DNA of 59,929 bases from Gammaproteobacteria bacterium (GTDB lineage: Bacteria > Pseudomonadota > Gammaproteobacteria > QZLD01). Position 1 is the first letter of the stretch. The number at the start of each line of letters is the position of its first letter. Location of the stretch: assembly GCA_004796365.1 (NCBI GenBank), contig QZLE01000201.1, forward strand, positions 1 to 59,929. Direction: 5' to 3'. The notes below the pieces were generated by a model. It saw only the letters and a program-made list of their open reading frames with translations, searched no databases and was not told where the DNA came from. Position numbers and translations under genes: made by a program. Positions 55,162-59,929 of this stretch are shown one piece after another.

Positions 55162-55365
55162 ATGAAAAGTCAAGAGCTTACAGTTTCAGAAAAAATTATA
55201 TTAGCTGAAAAACTATGGGATAGCGTGGCAAATAACGACTCTACAATTGAGCTATCTGAAGCCCAAGAAAGAGAGCTAGATAAACGTATTGAAAGTTATT
55301 CAGTTAACAAAGATAAGGGCAGTTCATGGTCTGAAGTTAAAAACAGAATAATTGGCAATCAATGA
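55162..55365 (+). CDS. Putative addiction-module antitoxin (TIGR02574/Unstab_antitox-like)
   Basis: EKIILAEKLWDS...ELDKR...SWSEVK.R pattern; ATGA overlap with the toxin gene. Confidence 0.85.
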   Translation: MKSQELTVSEKIILAEKLWDSVANNDSTIELSEAQERELDKRIESYSVNKDKGSSWSEVKNRIIGNQ

Positions 55366-55658
55366 AATATACCCTTACAGTTCGCCGTGTTGCCGAACTT
55401 GATATTACTGAAGCATTTAATCACTATGAATCTGTGCGTTTAGGACTAGGGCATGACTTTTTATTATGCCTTGAAGAAGCGCTTTCAAAAATAGAGCGAA
55501 CTCCAAAGCAATATCAATTCATGCATAAAGAATTGCGCAGGTGTTTAGTTCATAGGTTTCCATATGTGGTTTTGTATTTCATTGAAGATAGCTGCATTAT
55601 TGTTACAGCAGTGCTTCATGCACGAAAAAATCCATCTTCTTGGGATGAGCGCACATAA
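55362..55658 (+). CDS. RelE/ParE-family toxin
   Basis: AELDITEAFNHYE...LG.DF...RRCLVHRFPY.VLY...I.AVLHARKNP; the stop codon lies in the attC R'' box. Confidence 0.9.
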   Translation: MKYTLTVRRVAELDITEAFNHYESVRLGLGHDFLLCLEEALSKIERTPKQYQFMHKELRRCLVHRFPYVVLYFIEDSCIIVTAVLHARKNPSSWDERT

Positions 55659-55739
55659 CATCGCCATCAACCATCGTGCGTACGAAACTGGACTCAAAAC
55701 CGCAACGTGCTTTTTCGCTGGTTATGGCGGGCGTTATAT
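55653..55739 (+). mobile_element. attC site (87 bp)
   Basis: R'' ACATAAC; L'' GCCAT(C)AACC / L' GGTTATGGC; R' GTTATAT. GCACATAAC complements the cassette start GTTATGCGC at 8 of 9 positions. Confidence 0.85.
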
Positions 55740-55797
55740 AACAAATAAGTTTATTCATATGATCCCTGAGAATAACTGATATAAGTACAAACATTTA

Positions 55798-56013
55798 ATG
55801 ATTAATGAATTGGAGTTTTGTTTGGCATTTAATAGAGATGAAAACCTAAAAAGCAGATTATTAATCCTTGGTGGATTTATCATCTTTGCTAGTATCATGA
55901 TTTTGAAATCCCAAATTGAGTCCCAGGGTCTTCAATATTTTATTGGTGGTGGTGCAATAGTGTTTCTACTATTTATTATAATCTATGCATTAAACCTCAG
56001 GCCAAGGAAATGA
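55798..56013 (+). CDS. Small two-TM hypothetical protein following the last attC
   Basis: 71-aa ORF with two hydrophobic helices; no downstream attC seen. Confidence 0.45.
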   Translation: MINELEFCLAFNRDENLKSRLLILGGFIIFASIMILKSQIESQGLQYFIGGGAIVFLLFIIIYALNLRPRK

Positions 56014-56319
56014 ACTGTACAGGCAAAATTATTCTCTGTATTTTGTCACACGATCAAAAATGAATAATCTACATAAAAACATCTATTACACTTTTACATC
56101 GTTTATTGTGCATTCAACACCTGTCTGATTCGGTTGTAGCTAGACTGAAACCAGTCAAAGCAGGGTAATGTCATAGTTATTTACATTATTAAATTTTCAT
56201 GAAGATATCACCAAGTATGTTGCTAGTCACAAACCTTGATGCTAGATTTGTCGTGCTGCAGCAATTTGTTTAATCCCCATTTATCAAAATGGACTTCTTA
56301 TTACTTTTCGGAGATAATC

Positions 56320-56667
56320 ATGAAAAAAGCAATCATTTCTGCCATTTTTGCAATTAGTGCAGCGACCTCTGCTCATGCTGGCGAAGCACCAACAATCCAA
56401 AGCGCACTAGCAGTTCCAAATACTCTTACTGGTGAAGTAACAATTAGTGGTATGGTTTCAGACCCAAACTTCGACGTAACCAGAGTTGCACCTATACCTG
56501 TTGGTATTTGCCTTCCTTCTCTATTGCCTAATGTTGTAGGCAACTTTTTTACATGCGTAGTACCTCTACAAGGAAATTCTGGAGATACCATTAGCTTAAC
56601 TTTGGTAGCAGGAGATTCTGAAGATAACTATAGCGAACCATACTACGTAACTTATACAACTCCTTAA
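56320..56667 (+). CDS. Secreted single-domain Ig-like protein homologous to a domain of the two proteases
   Basis: ATG 56320 after GGAG; signal peptide ...AHA; TISGMVSDPNFDVTRV..GIC..FTC..GDTISLTLVAGDS. Confidence 0.75.
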   Translation: MKKAIISAIFAISAATSAHAGEAPTIQSALAVPNTLTGEVTISGMVSDPNFDVTRVAPIPVGICLPSLLPNVVGNFFTCVVPLQGNSGDTISLTLVAGDSEDNYSEPYYVTYTTP

Positions 56668-56688
56668 TATATGCACTGCATATAATGC

Positions 56689-56719
56689 AAAGCCTCCGGC
56701 AAATATTGCTGGAGGTTTT
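56689..56719 (+). terminator. Terminator, possibly bidirectional
   Basis: AAAGCCTCCGGCAA-ata-TTGCTGGAGGTTTT. Confidence 0.8.
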
Positions 56720-56831
56720 CAATATAACAAGATCACCATAAGTGAAAATAGCAACTTCTTATTAAGTAGGATATAAGACATATGTGACTGCACATGGAAA
56801 ATAAGCATTTTTAGCGTCACTAGCGCAGTAG

Positions 56832-59393
56832 CTAAAAACCGAGAGTTGGTTTAGGTTTGGATACGAAGTACCCTTGCGCATAATCAATACCAATAGCTTC
56901 CAGCACCTCAACAATTTCGCTGTTATCAACATACTCTGCAACAGTCTTTTTATTAAATGAATGAGCAATCTGATTAATTGACTGCACAACTGCTTTGTCC
57001 ATGGAGTCCGATATTATTCCCTGAATAAACATGCCATCGATCTTTACATAATCAATATCAAGATGCTTTAAGTGCCCAAAAGATGAGAAACCACTACCAA
57101 AGTCATCCAGCGCAAACTGACAGCCAACTTCTTTCAGCTCTGAGATTAATTTATTGGCCGCATCGATATTAGTTATTGCACAAGTCTCTGTAATCTCAAA
57201 GGTTATCAGGTCTCCTGCTATTTCATATTCCTGCAGCATCTCTTTGATATCACGGCCGATAGTTTTATCAACCATAGTGCTACCGGAAAGGTTAATAGTA
57301 AACCTTATATCGCGACCAGTAGTTCGCTCTAAAGAAAGTCTTTTCAGAGAATTGCGAACAACCCATCTGTCGATTTCAGGCATCATATTAAAACGCTCTG
57401 CCGTTGGTAAAAACATATCTGGGGCTACAATTTTGCCACCCTCGTCGGTTAACCTTAGCAGCACCTCAAAAACAACCTGGTTCTTCTTGCCATCCTGATT
57501 CAGCACTGGCCACGGAGTAGCCTCATCAACAAGCCCTTCTCGCTTTAGGCTTAAACCTTCCAGCATAGTCAGTGGAACAATAGGTTGAAAGACCAGTTCA
57601 AATTTATCATTTCCAAGTGCATCCCTCAGCCTTGTTGACCAGCCAAGTTCTTTGTCCATTGCCAATCTGGCATCTGATGCGGGGTCGTATATATGACTTT
57701 GATTCCTACCTTTATTTTTTGCGATATGACAAGATACGTCTGCATTAGCTAACACTTCACCTGCACCGAGCGATGAACCTGAAATAATTGCGCCACCAAT
57801 TGAAACGCTGACACTGTATGCCTTGCCTTCAAACTGAAAACAGTGTTTTTCAAGGATCTCTCTAAACCTATCCGCTGCAGTGGCGACCTCATCTAGTTTT
57901 ATATCACGCAGAATAATTGCAAACTCATCGCCGCCAAGCCTGGCCAAGGTATCTGCGGAACGCAAATTGGTCTGCAGTTGATGGCCAACTTCTACTAGCA
58001 GCTGATCGCCAGCTACGTGACCAGCTGTATCATTAAGATATTTAAACTGATCCAGGTCAAAATATAATAGCGCACTAATTTCATCAGAGTCTGGATGCCT
58101 TAATTTCCTGCTCACCTCTTGCTCTAATTGCTGCTCAAAATAATGTCTATTTAGTAGCTTAGTTAGCGAGTCGTGGTTTGCTTGCCAGCGTAATTCATCC
58201 TGGAATAGTTTTTTCTCACTTACATCCCGAAAAGCAATCACTGAACCCTCAATATTTCCATCTATCTCCAATGGATAAAGATCACACTCAACTGTAATTT
58301 TTTTACCATTTGACTTAACAAACATCAGCTCAGATTTATTGATAAAATGGCCTTTCTTATGCGCCTGGAATAAAGGTATTCCATACTCAAGGTCCAACTC
58401 TTTTTCCTGGCCAACTAGATGCAACTTTGAAACTATAGAACTGCCAAGCAAATCTACATCATCCTCAAGCCCGAGTATTTCTTTGGCAGAAGAGTTCATA
58501 AAGGTTATGTGCATATCGTGATCTATACCAAACACCCCATCAGATACCGATTCAAGAATACCTAGCAGCCTTTTGCTTTCTGAACGAGTCTGTTTTGATG
58601 CACTAATAACCTTCGATATTGAAGAAAGTCTGGCCAAAAATAAGTTTTCTGACTCATTCTTAAACATAAAATCTATAGCGCCGGACTCTAAACCATCTAA
58701 TACAACCTCTTCCTGGTAACTGGTGGTAAGTATTGTTCGAACAATATCTTTGGTATCCTTGTCATCCCTAAGCTTACGGCAAAGCTTGCTACCAACTTCT
58801 TTTTCCAAGTAGTAATCGATAATTGCAATATCAAAAAAAGAAGATTTAGCAATATCAAATGCTTGATCAATGTCATCTGCAAACACGGCTTCATAGCCGT
58901 TTCTTGCTAGCAATGTCGAAAACTGTTTTCTAACAGTTGCGGAGTCATCAACAAATAGAATTCTAATAGGAGCAGCCTGGTGCACAGAAGTCAGCGTAGC
59001 TAATGATCTACCGCTAGCTCGATCAATTAGATTTTGCAAATGTCCTTTAATAAAGGTTTTATAACTATCCCATAGCAATAGCCCATTGTTTTTACGAGAA
59101 TTTGAAAATGTAAGAACATCTTCACATGCGGTGTCAGAGATAATCTGAATTGGGATATTTATAAGATTATCGTTGCAAAGAAATTTTTTTAAGGCCGGAA
59201 AAGCATCATTACTATCACGGCACCACCCAAGAACAACAGCATCAAAATCTAGCTGCTCATACGAAGCAGACATAAGCTTAACTGCATCAGCATATGAGCC
59301 AATACATTCTAGCTCATAAAAATCATCCTCAATTTCAATTGCCAATGAATTTAAAAGCTTTTCATCTTCTTCTATGAGTAATATTCTTTTCAA
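56832..59393 (-). CDS. REC(pseudo)-REC-PAS-GGDEF-EAL protein
   Basis: First receiver has Gly at the phospho-Asp position (VVLGW); second receiver IIDYYL; intact RLGGDEF; EVLLRL, EITET, DDFGSGFSS, QGY. Confidence 0.92.
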   Translation of the reverse strand: MKRILLIEEDEKLLNSLAIEIEDDFYELECIGSYADAVKLMSASYEQLDFDAVVLGWCRDSNDAFPALKKFLCNDNLINIPIQIISDTACEDVLTFSNSRKNNGLLLWDSYKTFIKGHLQNLIDRASGRSLATLTSVHQAAPIRILFVDDSATVRKQFSTLLARNGYEAVFADDIDQAFDIAKSSFFDIAIIDYYLEKEVGSKLCRKLRDDKDTKDIVRTILTTSYQEEVVLDGLESGAIDFMFKNESENLFLARLSSISKVISASKQTRSESKRLLGILESVSDGVFGIDHDMHITFMNSSAKEILGLEDDVDLLGSSIVSKLHLVGQEKELDLEYGIPLFQAHKKGHFINKSELMFVKSNGKKITVECDLYPLEIDGNIEGSVIAFRDVSEKKLFQDELRWQANHDSLTKLLNRHYFEQQLEQEVSRKLRHPDSDEISALLYFDLDQFKYLNDTAGHVAGDQLLVEVGHQLQTNLRSADTLARLGGDEFAIILRDIKLDEVATAADRFREILEKHCFQFEGKAYSVSVSIGGAIISGSSLGAGEVLANADVSCHIAKNKGRNQSHIYDPASDARLAMDKELGWSTRLRDALGNDKFELVFQPIVPLTMLEGLSLKREGLVDEATPWPVLNQDGKKNQVVFEVLLRLTDEGGKIVAPDMFLPTAERFNMMPEIDRWVVRNSLKRLSLERTTGRDIRFTINLSGSTMVDKTIGRDIKEMLQEYEIAGDLITFEITETCAITNIDAANKLISELKEVGCQFALDDFGSGFSSFGHLKHLDIDYVKIDGMFIQGIISDSMDKAVVQSINQIAHSFNKKTVAEYVDNSEIVEVLEAIGIDYAQGYFVSKPKPTLGF

Positions 59394-59633
59394 AAAAAAT
59401 TCCTAAATATATTTATGCTTAGATTAAATATGGTGTACCAAACTGCATAATGCAATTTTAAACTAACCAATATTTGAACAGCTTCACCTTTTATAACAAT
59501 GTTATATAATCATTTTGTTGATACGAAACTTAGTCTACCACTAACATACAAGTTAACTTCTGCAATACCATCAATAACACCTTGTATTTATTACAAAAAG
59601 CACTAATTCATTCTCTAATATTAAGGATCAAAA

Positions 59634-59870
59634 ATGAATAACTCAAAATGCTTTACTAACACTGAATGTGAATACTATCCATGTCATAGTGTCAAAGGTG
59701 ATCTGAACTGCCTATTCTGCTACTGCCCGCTGTATTTTCTAGATTGTCCAGGCAACTTCATAATGATTGATGGAAAAATTAAGGACTGTTCCAGCTGTGT
59801 TTTTCCTCACCAGGGTGAAAAGTCGTGGGATTTGGTTCAGGCTGAGTTACAGAAGGCTATTTCAAAATAA
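59634..59870 (+). CDS. Cysteine-rich small domain protein (zf-like)
   Basis: CEYYPCH...NCLFCYCPLY..CPG...KDCSSC.FPH; RBS AAGGA. Confidence 0.85.
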   Translation: MNNSKCFTNTECEYYPCHSVKGDLNCLFCYCPLYFLDCPGNFIMIDGKIKDCSSCVFPHQGEKSWDLVQAELQKAISK

Positions 59871-59929
59871 TTACCTTATTTTTTAATAAAAATCAGGTAT
59901 AATCGCCCAACTTTTCCTTTCCCCTAACC

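Noticed and set aside
55005-55739. Two similar 87-bp sequences considered as IS terminal repeats or composite transposon ends
   Set aside because: Direct orientation, attC-type R/L boxes with an extrahelical base, no transposase and no target duplication.
56236-56319. N-terminal extension of the 143-aa ORF
   Set aside because: The signal peptide begins at ATG 56320 after GGAG.

Overview
AT-rich bacterial chromosomal window, most consistent with a Gammaproteobacterium (OprI/Lpp-type lipoprotein, ErfK-type L,D-transpeptidase, GlyGly-CTERM protein, Vibrio-like NadD). I found no rRNA, tRNA, CRISPR array, transposase or integrase. Contents in order: (1) an L,D-transpeptidase / Lpp-like lipoprotein / L,D-transpeptidase envelope module; (2) a Zur-like regulator-mtnA-class II aldolase operon (DHAP-shunt-like); (3) a stand-alone pduL; (4) a ~24 kb signalling island with four hybrid histidine kinases (one a 2399-aa pseudokinase-ATPase-GAF-PAS-HK-REC-REC-Hpt protein) and several c-di-GMP proteins whose catalytic motifs are degenerate; (5) ung; (6) three secreted-protein genes; (7) a 2087-aa exported protein of unknown function; (8) CoA-transferase, nadD-like and enoyl-CoA hydrolase-family genes; (9) an integrase-less attC cassette cluster (lipoprotein, toxin-antitoxin pair); (10) a free-standing secreted copy of an Ig-like domain also found in the two proteases; (11) a GGDEF-EAL protein. 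The best candidate for a new system is 34073-43946. It encodes a surface-anchored PHB-depolymerase-like protein with both catalytic Ser and His replaced, followed by an S8 protease and an HExxH metalloprotease. Each protease carries three modules resembling PHB-depolymerase substrate-binding domains, and the two share a duplicated tail and a conserved 3' hairpin. All family assignments rest on motif recognition from memory; no database search was run.
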